Of a stretch of DNA of 64,000 bases, positions 1 to 14,670 are shown in pieces (within the stretch, counting starts at the first letter, position 1; each line of letters starts with the position of its first letter). Source of the stretch: Nymphaea colorata (Eukaryota); assembly GCF_008831285.2 (NCBI RefSeq), contig NC_045138.2, forward strand, positions 19,406,001 through 19,470,000, written 5' to 3'. The translations under genes were made by a program, and so were the position numbers. The notes under the pieces are model-generated. The model searched no databases. It was not told the origin of the DNA and worked only from the letters and a program-made list of their open reading frames with translations.

Positions 1-300
1 CAGGCCAGCTGGACTGGGGCCGGGCTCAAAAAAATGGCACTAGGACAGCTCGTGTGGGCTCGATAATAGTTTTTTAATATATATTTTATTATATATATAT
101 ATATAATTTTAATATTATATTATGATTTTTAATATTTATATATTATTTTTAGTTAAAATATACATTTTATAATTTAATTGGGCCGGGCTCAGGCCCGCGT
201 TTCGGATGTTGGGCCCGGCCGGGCTCAAGCGCTGGTTTCGGGTGTCGGGCCAGCCCGAGCCCGACTTTTTATCGGGCTAGGCCGAACCGGTAGATGCCTA
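1..300. mobile_element. Right part of a hAT-type MITE (GGGCC/CCCG-rich subterminal repeats around an AT-rich core)
   Basis: Repeated GGGCCGGGCT/GCCCGAGCCCG motifs flank an AT-rich core and end in ...GATGCCTA. The left end lies outside the window. Confidence 0.55.
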
Positions 301-2213
301 GGCTTATTATTTACCAATTAGTATATATATATATATATATATACACCAAAAGCTGTTCAATGGTGAGTCGTATCAGGCAAGCAAACGATGATCTGATGAT
401 GGTGTTCTCGTTCTCTGATCATATAATCGGAAGTTTACCTACCATATGAATTCTCAATAAAGGGCTAAATTCAATTATCATGTGGAAGGATCAAGTTAAT
501 TAATGCCCCACTGTGTCCGGAACTAGCGTGGGCCCGAACTCTCTGTCTGACCGTCTTCTAGATTTTGTTGGTGTCGGATAAATACCGTGTGGAACGGAAC
601 AATATGGGCCCGATCCTGATCCATTAGCAGATCTCATTCGGAAAAAGACAAGGTCGTGCGTGCCCCGTAGCTCTCACCCATTTTTGGTACCTTAGATTAG
701 GTAAATGATAATCCAGATCTGTGGTTGGGTCCCCCGACATGACATACAGGAGATTGACATGTCATGTGTACAACACGTGAATGATCCAACGGTCAGAACT
801 CGCAGTTGTTGGATCACAAGATGAAGATCCTGATCATTGGATGGACAGGGATAATTTTTAAAGTGGGTCAGGGTCTGATCCGAAGCATGGGTACCACCTA
901 TAATGTAGGAGTACCCAGATCTATGGTCCAAGTCCACCTCAATGACCCGTTTGACAAAACAGGCACCAACTGCCATTAATTTTGGAGGTGGGGATGTCAA
1001 TGGATCAATTGTACCGTCTACCATGTCCAGACAAGTGAATAGTTTGCATACTTCAGATTTGTAACTGAATTTGAATGAAGAAAAAATCAGGCCACATCTG
1101 AATCTGATTCTTAAAACTGCAACCAAATTCCAGAACTTTCGTGGTGGATTCGATGCATCCAAAACCCAATCATGCTTTTTGACAATAAAATTGAGATATG
1201 ATTTCAAATGTTGAATTGGAGATGGACACTTAACGTCGTTTCCGGAATCTAAATCTGATCTGGCTTTCCATTTGGATTTGAAAACTTTTTCTATATACAG
1301 TTACTTTAATATCTTTCCATTGGATATTTAATCTGAATCAATCGAACCCTAGACCAGGAAAAAGGGCTTCTTATGAAACTCATATCTGTTTAGGGAGAGG
1401 AATCTTGTTGAGGAGTCCGCGTTACAGATATATCCGGTAGGTTCGACATGCACCCATTTATAGAGGCGCAATGTGCTTTTAGTACTAGATAAAGTTCGCC
1501 CTTAGACCGAGAGATTGTGAAAATTTTAATATAATGCAGTGTAAGCATAAATGCTTTAGAAGCGATGTTACAATATTTCGAATACACTCGAATACCTATC
1601 CATTAAGTCAACGAACATAAAATATCAAGGTCTAGACAAGGACGACTGGAAAAAACACCTAGCTATGTAACTTGCATAGTCAACATAAATGACAATGTTC
1701 ATCACATAATGCTAATGAGATCATGGAAGAGGACATGACTTCAGCATTGGAAGTCTTCCTGGGTAAACCTAATACAGAAACTTATCGGACCAAGTATGTT
1801 CTTTGGTAAGCACCTTTTTTTTCGGGCATCATACAGTTTTTTTTTTCCTTTTGGGTTTACTTATCACTCAGTAGGGCCGCACCCACGTTAAACGAAGCGG
1901 TTGGTCGCCTGGTGGCATGGATTCCTGCAAGTCACACAATTCAATAGCTTTGTCTTACAAAAGAATTGGCCCGGGCCATGCCCAATTTTGAGCAGGTATT
2001 TTCAGAAATTCCATTAAGACATATACGGCGAAATTAGGCCACATTTACAGATTTCAGGTCCCCTAAACGGGAACAAGCATGCAGCAAATACTTTACACTT
2101 ACTTTTCCTTCTGACATCTCTCTCTCTCTCTTTTCCCTATATATATTTATATACCAAAGAAAAATATCGAAAATTTTTTCTTAAAGATACCCACCGAACC
2201 AGCTCATCAAACA

Positions 2214-5200
2214 TCAACTGACGGTTCTCCCATAGCATATGGATGAGATATAAAGGTTCTTTGACCATTTATCCTGCGCAAAAAGACAGGCTTATGAGTA
2301 CAGGAAAAGAAAAAGAATAGCCAAAAACCAGTCCACGCACACAAAACAATAATATAATCCTTGGTGAAAAGTAACTCAAATGCAATCCTCAACTGAATGC
2401 ATTGGATATAGTCGTGATTATGAGGAGGGCATGCACGTTTATGGGTGTCTATGTCTATGACTCTATACATAACAACTGAGAGTTCTAGTCATTTAACTCA
2501 AACACTAGATGTGCAAAAGGCTTAATTTGAGAGTGCACAAAGCAGATTGTTTTTCTTTGTTTGGCCAACTATTTCATTGACGGTCTAAGACCAACCCAAG
2601 CTAATTATTCAATTTGGGACGATGATTATCTTAACTAAGCATCAATTTAAATGAATCAAAATATATAAGGCCTCTGAAATTCATTAGAAAAACTTGTTCT
2701 TTTTACCATGTCAAATCTGCAAGATCCTGTGTTGGAGATATTGAGAATATATACCTTAACATGGGAACTTGGAAATGCAGATGTTCTAAGAGTTTCTTGT
2801 GTTTCATCTGCTATTCTACGCCTACTTGAACTCAATATGAAGGCCGCTTGATCGGATGTTGCTGCAATTGAGGTTATCCGATATCCGTTCTCCCACCGCC
2901 TGTGAATTCCTTCACTTGGATAGAGAAAGTCAAGTTCCACAACCTATGATCATTATAATCTTATATCAGATAACAGAAGAATTTGTGATTTAGAAGAGGT
3001 AAAGGTTCAATGCAGCGTCAACAATGAAGAGAGAAAAAGAAAAATAAAGTTTAATGTTGGATTTTGTTCTCGCGGGTTGCGTTTCAGCAGTAGCAGTTCA
3101 TCAAATTATGGGTATGTCTGTTATAGGAGAACCTCGCTTCCAAGAGATTCTTGGTCAGTATAGAAGACTAACAATTACACACCAGGTGTCAAAGTACCTT
3201 AGCAGCATGTCGTTAGTCTTTATTTTCATTTGAAAAGAACATGTTCAAAAACAGATTATGTATCCAATTGCAAACACCATTGTGCCCCTCTCTCCCAGCA
3301 AGAACTGCTTGAAGTCCATAAAGATGATATGAAAAAGAATGCTATTACATATGGTGAGAATTACACAGTAAAAACTGTAGTTTAGATCTCAGTAACTCCT
3401 ACTAAGTATTAACCATATGTTACCACTATGTCATCATTCAACAGCTATGGTCATTTATGATTAGCAATGAGGAGAAATTAATTGCTTCAACCTTTGCTTC
3501 CAGATCATTAACCAGATAGTTGTGTTTGATGACACAATGAAAGAAACGACGTTTTGTTTGGATGACAAAATAAAACGCATCGTTCATTTTTCCCTGTAAA
3601 TAACTCAAATGAGGCCAATAATTCTTGTCCCAGGGAAAGCACCCCTTTTGTCAAAACTGGATTTTTCATAAAACATTCAGAACTGGATTTTTCATGAACA
3701 TAGTTTTGACCATACTCAAACACACACTAATTTTTCAGACCTTTGGTTAGTCTGACAAATGGAATAAATTTGTAACTGCTGAACAACTTTGCCCAAAAGT
3801 TGAGAAAAATTCATAAAACGCTTTTAAAGTATTCCATTTACCAAGCGAACATTTAAGGTCAAGTTGGTAGTACATAGCTTAAGAACTATGTTTAAGAGCA
3901 TCACCCACCTAGCCTCAAGTGCATTGTGCATGATACAATCATTCCAATGAAAAATAAGTACAAGAAAAAAGATGTACCTGATCAGAAAACCCAGAGTTTC
4001 TTGACATAACTACACACCATTTGCTGCAGGAGGTAGCCATGGATGTGACATGAAAACCCTCTTTCCACTTCTTGCTTATCCATTTGAAAGGGAATGTGTC
4101 GCTCACTTTGTACGACTGTTGGTTATAAGGGGTTCCTTCAACAACATTCACAGCATAATTTAAGAAACTCATCATTTAAAACAGTTGAATACATGGATAA
4201 TAAATTAAGGGTGAAATTGTTAAGAGATTAACAATGATTTTTAAAGTTGCATGGTTTTAGGTGCTACCATGGACTGAACAGAAGAAAATAAAATTCATAA
4301 AGCATCTAAAGATTAGGGTCCAACCCTTGGACATCACCACCAAGGAACTCCCATTGGTTGCACCAGCAACGGCAGTTATGTAGTAGTTCTTTTCCCATTG
4401 CTCCATTATCCATTCCTGCGGAAAAGAAAGGTTACATTGTCAAGAAGTCATTAACATGTAAAAGGAGAAACAATTAGAATGTCCTGCAATGCAAACCTTG
4501 CGTAAGAAGGATGCTGAAATCTCATAAACCTGGGCACTAAAGTTGGTTCCTGCATCCATGATAAGAGCCCATAGATTTGCGCAGGATGCCACCGAGCTGA
4601 TGAATAGACCATCTTGATTACCTTTGTGCACATGCTGAAGCAGTCTTGAATCTACAACATTGAAATGATATCTACAGAATGATGTGAAGCAGAGTTATCC
4701 ATGTATGACTGGCATCCTTTGCAATATTGGCAAACAGAAACTTAAAGTTCATCATATATAGTTCTATCGTGTTGTGAAAGACTGAGAAGGAGAACTAGGT
4801 GCAGCTAGGCAGGAATAGGTGCATTAAGCAGCCATGCGCCCCATAATGTTAATTTCTAAAATTAAACAAAAGTATTTCTTTCTCAATGAAAAGGCTATTA
4901 TTATCAACTTCTAACAACAAAACAATTAAAATGCACAACAAAAATCATATTAAACATTCCATAATATGATAACAAGCATAACTAAAAATTTCAAAGTTTG
5001 AAAAACAAACTCAGTAAATTTGAACAATTACGTTTAAAGGTTATATAGCATAAAAAAAGCAAGCCTAGTCATGCTTTTAATAACATAGCAATAGCCTTCA
5101 ATGCAAGAGAAGGAAGGGCAATAAGTGATCAAACAGAAAAAAGAAATCCTAATAGTTTATTTTTCCAGTACCAAAATCAGGAAATTGCTTGCCACAAATG

Positions 5201-8200
5201 TGTGCAATGGAACCATCTCTTAGTTAATGTGGGAGCCAGTTTCAAAGAACTTGAGCAATTTATTGAAGGACCACTATCTATTCCTCGCACACATATGTTT
5301 TTGTCCAATTTATTTAAATTCAAAAATATTTCCAAAGATCCTCAAAGAAAAAAAAGTATTCTAAATCATTTTCAATTGATCCCTAGCTGAGAAAATCAGG
5401 AAACTGATATTTCTACCTATGCTTCATCCTTATGTTATGATCCTTCCTTACCACATAACTACAGGCTTTTTTTGGCAAGCAAAGCGTGTTTCACAAGCTT
5501 TAAATGGTTCCACAAGAAACCTTTTCAAGCCTTACCATCACACTGGAACTCTGATTTAGGAATAAACCACATGACCCAAGGTAGCATTTTAAACTACGAG
5601 CTCTCAAAGCCCAGACATGGAGAAAATCTAACCACATGATTGAAAATAATTATGAAAAGTAAATTCCATGACAAAATGTAAAAGGGACAAAAATCACATA
5701 CAAATTAGCATGTATAAGCCAGAAAGATGCATGTATTGTTATACCTTTGTTTCATGGGTCTGCGTGCATTGTAAACTGAAATCCACTGCGTTGCAGGGTT
5801 TCCTAAACGGACCTTTTTTCTAGGTTGATCTTCATCTTCCAGGTTAACCAAAAGTCTTCCTCTTTTTTGCCCAACCTGAAACACAAAGAAAGACCTGAGA
5901 TACAAGAGCCAACAAAGTAAAAAATACCAAAAAGTTCCCTGAATAAATTATGAATAGGTAAGATACTAAATCATCTACAGCTATGGTACATTGACTACAT
6001 TCACCAACATCAGAAAAGAACAGTCCATGAACCAACCTTCAAAGCTCCATCAATCCTGACCGGTCTTGAGACTGCGCATGGTTCAATGAGACAATCAAAC
6101 AGGCTAATCAATTTAGCATAGTTTGGCTCATCATCAAACTTCATATTAGTTACAACATCAAGAAACTGCTTAAAGGGGACTGGGCAAAAACAACAAAGCA
6201 TCTCTGTAGAAGTTGCCATCTTTTTTTTGCAGACAAGGAATGACTTGTTGTCTCCCTGAAGCAACATAATAAACCATGATAATGAACAGCCTGAGTGCCT
6301 CAATAACAGAATTCTAAGACAAGGTGTTGATGCAACAAACTACCTGATATCCTTGCCAAGGAAGCCTTCCTTTTACAAGAAATATAAGTGTGTAGGCCAG
6401 CGATTCCAGGTCATCCCTTCTGCTTCCTGTCCTGCCCAGATGTGCATGGACACTTGCATAACGGATTGTCCCTCTGATGAAAGCACGAAAAGTCAGAAGC
6501 ATTCCATGTAAAATGGAAATGCAACCATGACAAAGATCTTGCTGTTCCCAAACCTGAAAATGTCAGGCCTCTGGTCATAGTCTACATGATTGCCAGATGA
6601 TGCGTCCTTCCACCTAGATGCTGAAAATAGCACAGGGTCAATTTCATTAGCAACATCAATCAAGGGACTGGAACTCAATCCACAAAATAGAGAACAAAAA
6701 ACCATATCCTGACCACAAAAATTTCTTTATTAGAAATTCAGCAATTCCAGACCTGATCAACTAAATTACAAAGATATCCACGCAATTCTTTGATCTTTGT
6801 GTATATAATATGAAGTTAAGCTCAAATAACAAACCAAAACATACCCAAACCAAGATCAATAAGGTATAGCTTCTTCTCGTTTGGAGTTCCAGGCTGACCA
6901 AGGAGAAAGTTCTCTGGTTTAACATCTCCATGCACAAAACTGAGTCACAGTAGAAACTTTCAAAGGTCAGCAATAATGGCATAGCAATGGAACACAACAT
7001 GGGTATAACTTCTTCATGATTACAATCAAAGAAGGGCTATAGAATCAATACCCTCTTAAATGAAGTTTCTCAAGAATCGAAATTGCTTCCACGGCAATGC
7101 AAGCGACCATATTTGGAGACATCCTGATTGAAGTCAACATTTTCAGAGACCGAATATATTAAACAATAGCATAAGAAAAAGAAGAAGTATGTTTTCGTAC
7201 AGTTGGCCTGAGTTGTTCCAAAGGTCCCATAAACTTGGCCCAAGCATATCCATAACCTGAACATTGATGTTTTTGACCACCTCTCAGCAACCATAAATAA
7301 GGTATTTCATGGCCATTAAGGCACAAAATAACTTACCATGATATAGTAGTCTCCTAGCCGGCCCTTATGATGAACCAAAGGCAGCCCATAACATCCATTT
7401 AGAGTGCTGAAGTTGACAAGCCAGACAGAAAATCAGAATTTCAAACCAAAAATATGTTTCCTAATTTCAATTATACAAACCATCAAATATTATTCTTACT
7501 TGTAAACTTGCCATTCATAAGGAGGTCCAAAGTTACAGCCTTTACTGCTGCGATGCTCAAACTTCAAGGCCACCTATCACATTAAAAGGCAATAAAGAAT
7601 TATTTTTATCTTCTTAACAAGAACACAGAATATCAAATACTACCTCCATTGCATCAGGCCCACCACGGTCCAAACCACCATTCAGTCGCCTACCAACATA
7701 AACCTGGCCAAAACCGCCTTTCCCTAATCTCCTCTCTACCTTGTATATAGGGGAATTTCCAACCTGAACCTGTGAGCAGATAGAATGTGAACAGGGTCAA
7801 AAGAAGAAAACAATAATGATATGCTGCTAAATCCAATAAGAAGCTGTTAAATTAAAAGAAAGAACAAGATCATGGATTCAAAAGCATTATTTCATTTACT
7901 ATCATATTCTCTAACAGATATTTCCAGCAAATTTGAATGGGTTGGCAAATAACATGACATGCCAGTTCAGACTCCAACAAGTTGGTTGGCTAGATAAGGT
8001 ATTTCATGCTTGCCTGCCTTAGAAAAGCAACCAAGTACTGCCCGTTTCAGACAATTCTGCAACTATTTAGCACCATCTTCACTAGTGCAGTGAATTGCTT
8101 TCTAGAGTAGAAATCAATTGTATAAACAAAGTTTTAGGTGATTTTAGAAATAACTCACTAGTTGAAAATTAAACAGTAATGTGATAAAATAAGCACAAAT

Positions 8201-8516
8201 TATGCACATAGGAACAATGAAAAGCAAAAAACATCAAAGATTGTTTCATAAGCAAATTTTATGTGAAATCTACCAACATATTGATAAAGCACATACATGC
8301 AAAAGTCTCTTTATTCACTTCTACAAAAATAGAAATCCAACATATGCCGTATCAAATGGTAAATTCCCAAAATGCATCTCACCATCTTTCTCACATGGAC
8401 ACTGTTGCACGCATCTCACAATCTTTCTCACATGGACACTCTTGGTAGAGCATCGTACCCTTGTCGACACAGCTCAACACAGGTGTGGGTATGGGACATG
8501 GCTTTGACACCAGTGA

Positions 8517-8563
<47 letters not shown>

Positions 8564-10075
8564 TCATTTCCTGCACCCAAGAGTTTTTAAATTGCTTTGC
8601 ACAAGTGTCTGCATGGCATAGCCACAGCCATGTGACCAAGCTCAAAATCCATGAGGAAATAAAGAATTTGGTCTTAAGTACAGTAAATTTCAGAACTACT
8701 CTATGTGACCTTCCAAAAGAGAGGAAGATGCCAATCTATAATTTTTTCAAAAATAAATTTTTTCTTTATCTGATTGCACTTACAAAATGACTTATAATCA
8801 TAAAAAAGGCCCTGATCATTATCTATAGCCAAAAAAACCAATAATTCTTTTCAAATCTTCCACACAACAGAAAACATGTAGGGGAACTTTTATTTTATTG
8901 ACATGCAACTAGACACATGCTCATGCCCCAGTAGTTCCAAATGTATGTATCATGTGCACATGTATTTGCATGTCAACATGCTGGTTTACTTTCTACAATC
9001 ACACAGAAACCAAATTCCATGCCCAACGAACAAAAACATGAAATTCCAGAGAATCACTGGGTTGTGAACTGCAGAAGCCATGAACCAAGTTTCAAACTTT
9101 CATCTGTCCACATTGTTATTACTAACATTGCTCGATATTTAGAGTTCATGGGTGTCAACCACGAACATTCACCACTTGGAGAATAGATAAAGACCTAGAA
9201 AGGTCAAAAACCAGAAAAGAAGTTTGGCTCCAGGCAATAAATAGTTTCTCAAGAGATAATTCATGTATAAAGACACCACATAGACAGATCAGGAAATGAA
9301 GACAAGAATTGAATAACCCTACAGAAATAAGACACAACTCTCAAACGTAGTGAATGAAAAAGGTCCTAGTCTCCTAGTTGACATAAGCGTCAGAATTATT
9401 CCAGTAGGATGAGGAATGCTAACTGTCATGCTCAGAAAAAACAGATGAACTTGTAAACAAGCATTATCTAATGGAGAAACATGTTCTTGCTGATCTTTTC
9501 TGGTTGAAAAGCCTATGAAAATTTTTCTAGTAAGTTTCCAATGGACTCAGTAAGGTGTAAGCCAATGGCGATTAGTATATGCAATTCTCGTAATGTAATT
9601 CAAAAGATTCACGTACGAATACAACGAACAAAAGGAAAGCTACCGTTTCAGGAATTGGAGCCGTGCTCCCTTCTTCGTCAGCAGCTGCCACCAACTTATC
9701 ACCACTTCCAATCTCGATTGGCATATCTTTATCAGCACCTTCTTCAGGAGCAGCTTGCCTGAAACCCAGATCCTGCGCACCCCTTAGAGCAACTGGAGTA
9801 TAATCACACGGCTGCTCTGGATCAATCTCTATCAACACGATTCCCCGACCCCTACCACCAGCAGTAGGCCTGCTGTTCATCAACCGCCCATTCATGTCAG
9901 GCGAAGCATTGCGAGCCTTCCCCCTTCCAGCACCACCTCTTGCTGCTCTATTTGCAGGAACAGCTACTGCAGCATTAGGACCTGTCAAATCAACAGGTGG
10001 AGAAGCTGCATGAAGTTCATCTAATCTTCTTGATCTCAGTCGAGGCTGCCGGGCTCGGGTTCGGGGCTCTGGCAT
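2214..10075 (-). CDS. MLK: Plant-specific casein kinase 1-like kinase (MUT9-like/PPK/AEL/HD16 family), 714 aa, 16 coding exons
   Basis: Exons, all GT-AG and phase-consistent, total 2145 nt: 10075-9644, 7769-7644, 7573-7500, 7406-7337, 7256-7201, 7123-7052, 6939-6845, 6620-6554, 6473-6344, 6255-6037, 5875-5745, 4671-4497, 4415-4325, 4135-3978, 2943-2755, 2273-2214. Kinase motifs: [57 protein letters not shown]. Family-typical C-terminus [16 protein letters not shown]...[19 protein letters not shown]. The exact paralogue is not assignable. Confidence 0.95.
8519..8563. repeat. (CA)n(TA)n microsatellite in kinase intron 1
   Basis: Directly visible in the sequence. Confidence 0.95.
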
Positions 10076-11987
10076 CCTCTCCCCATGCAATTCAAACTGA
10101 CAATAATATCTCACCTCTCCTTCTCAACATCAACACCCTGACTCGCTACCGGTACTATCAATCTCTTTCCGCACTGATCAACCAATCAAAGTAAGAAGAT
10201 AGGATTTCAGTATCTTCGTTCATTGTTCCACAATGCACCATAAACCGCAAAATTGATCCAACAGGTCACAATGAACAAAATGCAAATAAATTAGGTTCAC
10301 TTTTCTAATTTCTTCGTCCTTAAACGAAAAAGAGAAGTTTTAATGCAATGATGCAATCAAACAGATTACTAGTCACCATATTATACCTTTGCAACACGCG
10401 ATAATCATCAGAATTTGTTCCTTTTTCACCTGAAAAAGGAAACAATAGGAATGAGATTTAAAAGAAAAAACTCAAAGGACGATTCAGTTTATTAAAAAGA
10501 GAGTTCGATGATCGAATCAATTCCACAGTTTAGTAAAAACTAAAAGGAATGAAAAGGAACTAGTTCGAGAAAAATCCTTCAATCAAAATCCAGGAAAGCA
10601 ATCGTCACTCTGTATACCGACAATCATCCAGCCAAGAAGCTCGAACAGATGCCACACGGCTGAAAATCCATTAAAAACATCCGAGGACAGCCGCGAATTC
10701 ACGGAACCGCCACTCTACTCGACAAACAACAATAAAGAACCGGCGGTTTCCAGTCTCGAGGAACCAATCGGCGAACGATCGACGACTTTCCACGCGGAAT
10801 TCAACGAAAAGAACGGGAAAAAACAAAAAAGAAGCCTTCGGAGGAACGTTACGAACAACAAACTCAGGGGGCCGAAATCTTCACGATGATCGGACGATCG
10901 GAACGAAAAACTCACGGTTTCTCACGCCCAGAAGACGATCGGATTCGGGAAAAAAGCCGCGATTCCCACCGACATTGCGCGATTCCCGAAGGCAAGGAGA
11001 GGGAGGCAGAGAGAGTCGTCCTTTTTCTTTCCTCTTCCGATTGAGCGAAGGATGAAGCGTTGAAGGATTCAGGTGGCGGAAGGAGACGATTTACAGGTGA
11101 ACGAAAAAATAAAAGGAAAATAAAGATGTGAAAAGGGAGAAAAAATAGGTGAGGAAGATGATCCAGAAGGGAAGGGAGGTGTGTGCTGTAGCAGAGGGAG
11201 TCGATATTGAGCGCTCGCTCGGTCTCTCTCTCCTTCTTGCATATGCAAGCCTCAGCATGCAATTGTGCTCGTGAAATTACCACCTTGCGTGCATCACTTT
11301 TAGTTAATTACCAACTTCAAAAGGATTGCTCTGGCCGTCATGGCGATATTTTGAAAATACCGCGTGAAAATTGGATCCGAGCTGTTGTACCATCGCTACT
11401 TTGCTTTGTTTTCCAATTAATCTCGTGCCGTCCTTTTTTAAATCGCCATAATAAATGATATTCTTTTTTTATTCTTTTCAAAAGTACTCGATTTTAATTG
11501 GAATTGGACTGTCATTTTAAAATTCAACGACAAAATTACCAATATTACGCGAATATATCTCCAACAGCCAATGTACAACACTGCAGCTTTTATCATGTGA
11601 AAATAATAACGTACTTACCGCGATAAATTTCCTGCCGGTAAATTGCTATTCACCACGTTTTTATCTCTATCTAATTTAACTTTGCCATTCAATAGCAATA
11701 AACCGAAGATTTACCGAGCAAGCCTTCTTGGTGCCAACTCGAAATCAGGTACGCGAACCGACCTGATACGGACCGGGTCCTCCTAACCCGAGATTCAATG
11801 CGGGCACCCCTGATTCTGGATCTGGAGCATAATGCGCCAGTGAATTGGTAAAAGAAATAAAGAAGCATTTTAATTGTAAAAAATGCCAACAGAAAAGCTA
11901 AAACAACAAATTCAGATTTTGAAGTATGTAGCCAAGAGTCTTGTCCTCCCCAATTTGGATCTCAATTTAATTTGGATACATCATATC

Positions 11988-12622
11988 TAGGGATGTTAAT
12001 GGATTGAATTTGAATCAGACTTTCGACGAACCTGCTTCAAAAATATTGGACATAAAAAATTTAATACATTATTAAGAATTTAATAAGATCAGATTCAGAT
12101 TTTGGAAATGACATGGGGTTAGATTGAGTTTTAAGTAAATATTTGATGAGACTCAAATTTGAACTCCAATCACTTTTACATAAATATCTTATATCCAATA
12201 TCCGTGCATCGGTTTTTAAAATATTGTAATATAATTTGGATAAGAGGCCGGGCTGGGATTTTTTTTTTATTTCCATTTTATTGAATGCATCCAAAGAGAC
12301 AGCTAGGATTTGTTTATTGGAAAGGCTGAATTAAGGAGCCAAAATGTAATTTTTCAATTTTTTTTATATAAACAAGCAACATTTTATTAATCTGAAAATT
12401 TGACCAGATCTGAGTTTGGATTCAGTTATCTACTTAAAAGTTGGAATAGCTTCAGATGTGAGAGAATAAAAGTCGAATTCATATCATATTTTAATTGTCA
12501 GTTTAGAAAGAATTCAGATATGGCATTACACTTTTCTTTATGTGTATTTGAATCCAAATTCTAAGTAATCATGTGTAATAAAAAAGTATTTGTGATTCAA
12601 ACTTGATCCATTGACATCTTTA
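11988..12622. mobile_element. hAT-type MITE, GGAT/ATCC-rich family
   Basis: Imperfect TIRs TAGGGATGTTAATGGAT ... ATCCATTGACATCTTTA, with an Ac-like TAGGGATG terminus. Internal TTGGAT/ATCCAA motifs. The TSD is not clean. Confidence 0.5.
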
Positions 12623-13537
12623 ATTATCTATATCTACTAAACAGAATAAATAAATGGGATCAATATTTAATTGATTTTCATCTGCTTTTCTCTTCTCAAT
12701 TTTTATCTTCGGATTCCAATTATTTTTTTTCTCAATTAATTTTTCAACAAGGTGTTTTAGAAACCGAATCACCTTTTGTGCATACCACAGCAAAAAATGT
12801 ATCTATTTCTGTAAGATCTAGTTATTATATTTGTTCATTAAATAAGTAAAATGTGATGATCAAACTAAATAAATTTGTGAAACCACATCAAAGCACTAAA
12901 TGGATTGCACTTTGTACCCGTGTGGTCCAGATCCGTATATAGCAAGGCGTTACGGGCTACAATAATGGCCCCTTTAATAAATACCGGTTCAGGTAAAGCT
13001 AGGTAGTTGACATAAGATCCAAATCTCGATATGAAGTTATCTGTTATTCTTGGTTTCAGATATTTACATTGGATCAAACATGGGTTCAATTTGTGTTTGG
13101 ATTTGCGGACTTGGGTTTGAGTTCATATTTCAGATATACTCTAATATGCTAATTTGCTAAGTAATGCTTTCCATATGCTAAGTAATGTTTTCCATTTTTT
13201 AAAGTTTGAAAATACGTCTCAACCAGTGTTATCAAATTCTGAATGAATCGGTATGAATTGGTAGCAAACCGGTTCATTTATGTGGCCAATACAAGAGCCC
13301 CAAGTGTTGAGTTAAACTATTTAATATTAAAAAAATATTTTTAAAAAAAATCTTATTTTTTTTTTTGTGGATAGAAGATTCTGACAACATTGTATTCAAC
13401 TACTAAGCCCTACAGCAAAAAGCTCATACAAGAAACGAAACAAATTGAGACTTTACCAAAGAAAAACATTGGAACTTATAATGTAGTTTGGTAGCATGAA
13501 CAATAACACAACATTCACTGAATCTATCAGAAAGATT

Positions 13538-13962
13538 AGGGCATATTCAGAAGCACCATAATTCAGTGTTATGAATTTATCTCATTTTTAAAAATTAAAA
13601 CAGATTCATAGAACATTGTGTTGCCAAATGCCCCTAAGTGGTCGTTTAATAACAATAACATATTGTTACCATTTCATGAATATGTAAGCATATCCATAAA
13701 ACACTATAATAAATGTTCCATGAATTTGCTGTATTTTTTGGAGTATATTCATGGATAGTAATAGCATGTTACTGACTTATTGTTGGCAAACGATTCGTGC
13801 GAGACCGTTTGGTATTAAACACACCTTGTGAGTGTTCCATAAATCTTCTCCAAATTTGAGGTAGATTTATCTTCATAAAACATTTGAATAAGTGTTGTGT
13901 GAATCTATCTCTACCGAAGATTAAAAGCACACTTACATGTTGTTGACAATATCAAACGGCCC
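13538..13962. mobile_element. Adjacent Tourist/PIF-Harbinger-like MITE relics
   Basis: Degenerate GGGC..TTTG / CAAA(T/C)G(G)CCC termini at about 13538, 13625-13634, 13638 and 13953-13962, bordered by TTA/TAA. Confidence 0.4.
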
Positions 13963-14584
13963 CTAAGGTGCTTTCCTTGACGCCCTTCTTATTATCCTTG
14001 TTCCCATGTGACATGTAGTAATATATTGAAAATGTGAATTTTTTAATAAAACATAGGGAAATATCTGTATAATTTCATTTACAACTGCTTTTTTACCAAG
14101 ATTCCAAGAATAGAAGTGACACTTATGATCATAGATGCAACTAGCAAAGTATCTCATTGCGCCTCAAGCCAATCAATATGCCTACGCAATGAAAAGACGA
14201 CGGACTTATTCCTCCAACAAATTAAAGTAGCAAAAAGTATGCGTTCGTGACTCGCAGCTAGCGCCTCAATCAATTGGTCCATTCTAATATCCACACACAA
14301 CGAATTTGACGAACATAAATTAAGCCACCAAAGGTGTTTGTGTCGTGGGTGGGGCTCCAAGTATCACAAAAAGCAGTCCAAGTCCAAAACTTGTGAAAAT
14401 TACTAGCAAAAAGGTTTATGCTGCCAAGAATGTCGCAAACTCTCTCAATGCAGTATTGTCATACAAAAATGAAATTAAGAATGTGAAGATTCGCGAAAAC
14501 GAAGTAGCTTTTGTGAGGAATTAATTTCGGCTAGTTTTTGAGTTGCCTTTATTGGTTTAAATTTAAATCTAGAGTGATAAAAAA

Positions 14585-14670
14585 GAGTTTGGCGTAGCTG
14601 GTTGCGCCAACGTCTAGCAAGTGGTAATTGTTAGTTCGATTTTCACGAGTGTCAACCTTCAGTATAAATC
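14585..14670 (+). mobile_element. tRNA-derived SINE-like head
   Basis: TGGCGTAGCTGG (A box) and GTTCGATTTTC (B box) at tRNA-like spacing, but no foldable cloverleaf. Confidence 0.4.

Noticed and set aside
692..1207. 171-aa minus-strand ORF
   Set aside because: Non-ATG start, no recognisable domain, and it lies in GGATC/GATCC-rich MITE-like sequence.
14150..14520. Possible LINE zf-RVT/RNase H remnant on the minus strand
   Set aside because: Only faint motif resemblance with multiple stops; not supportable without a search.
14585..14670. Possible tRNA gene
   Set aside because: A and B boxes are present but I could not form acceptor or anticodon stems, so it is treated as a SINE relic.
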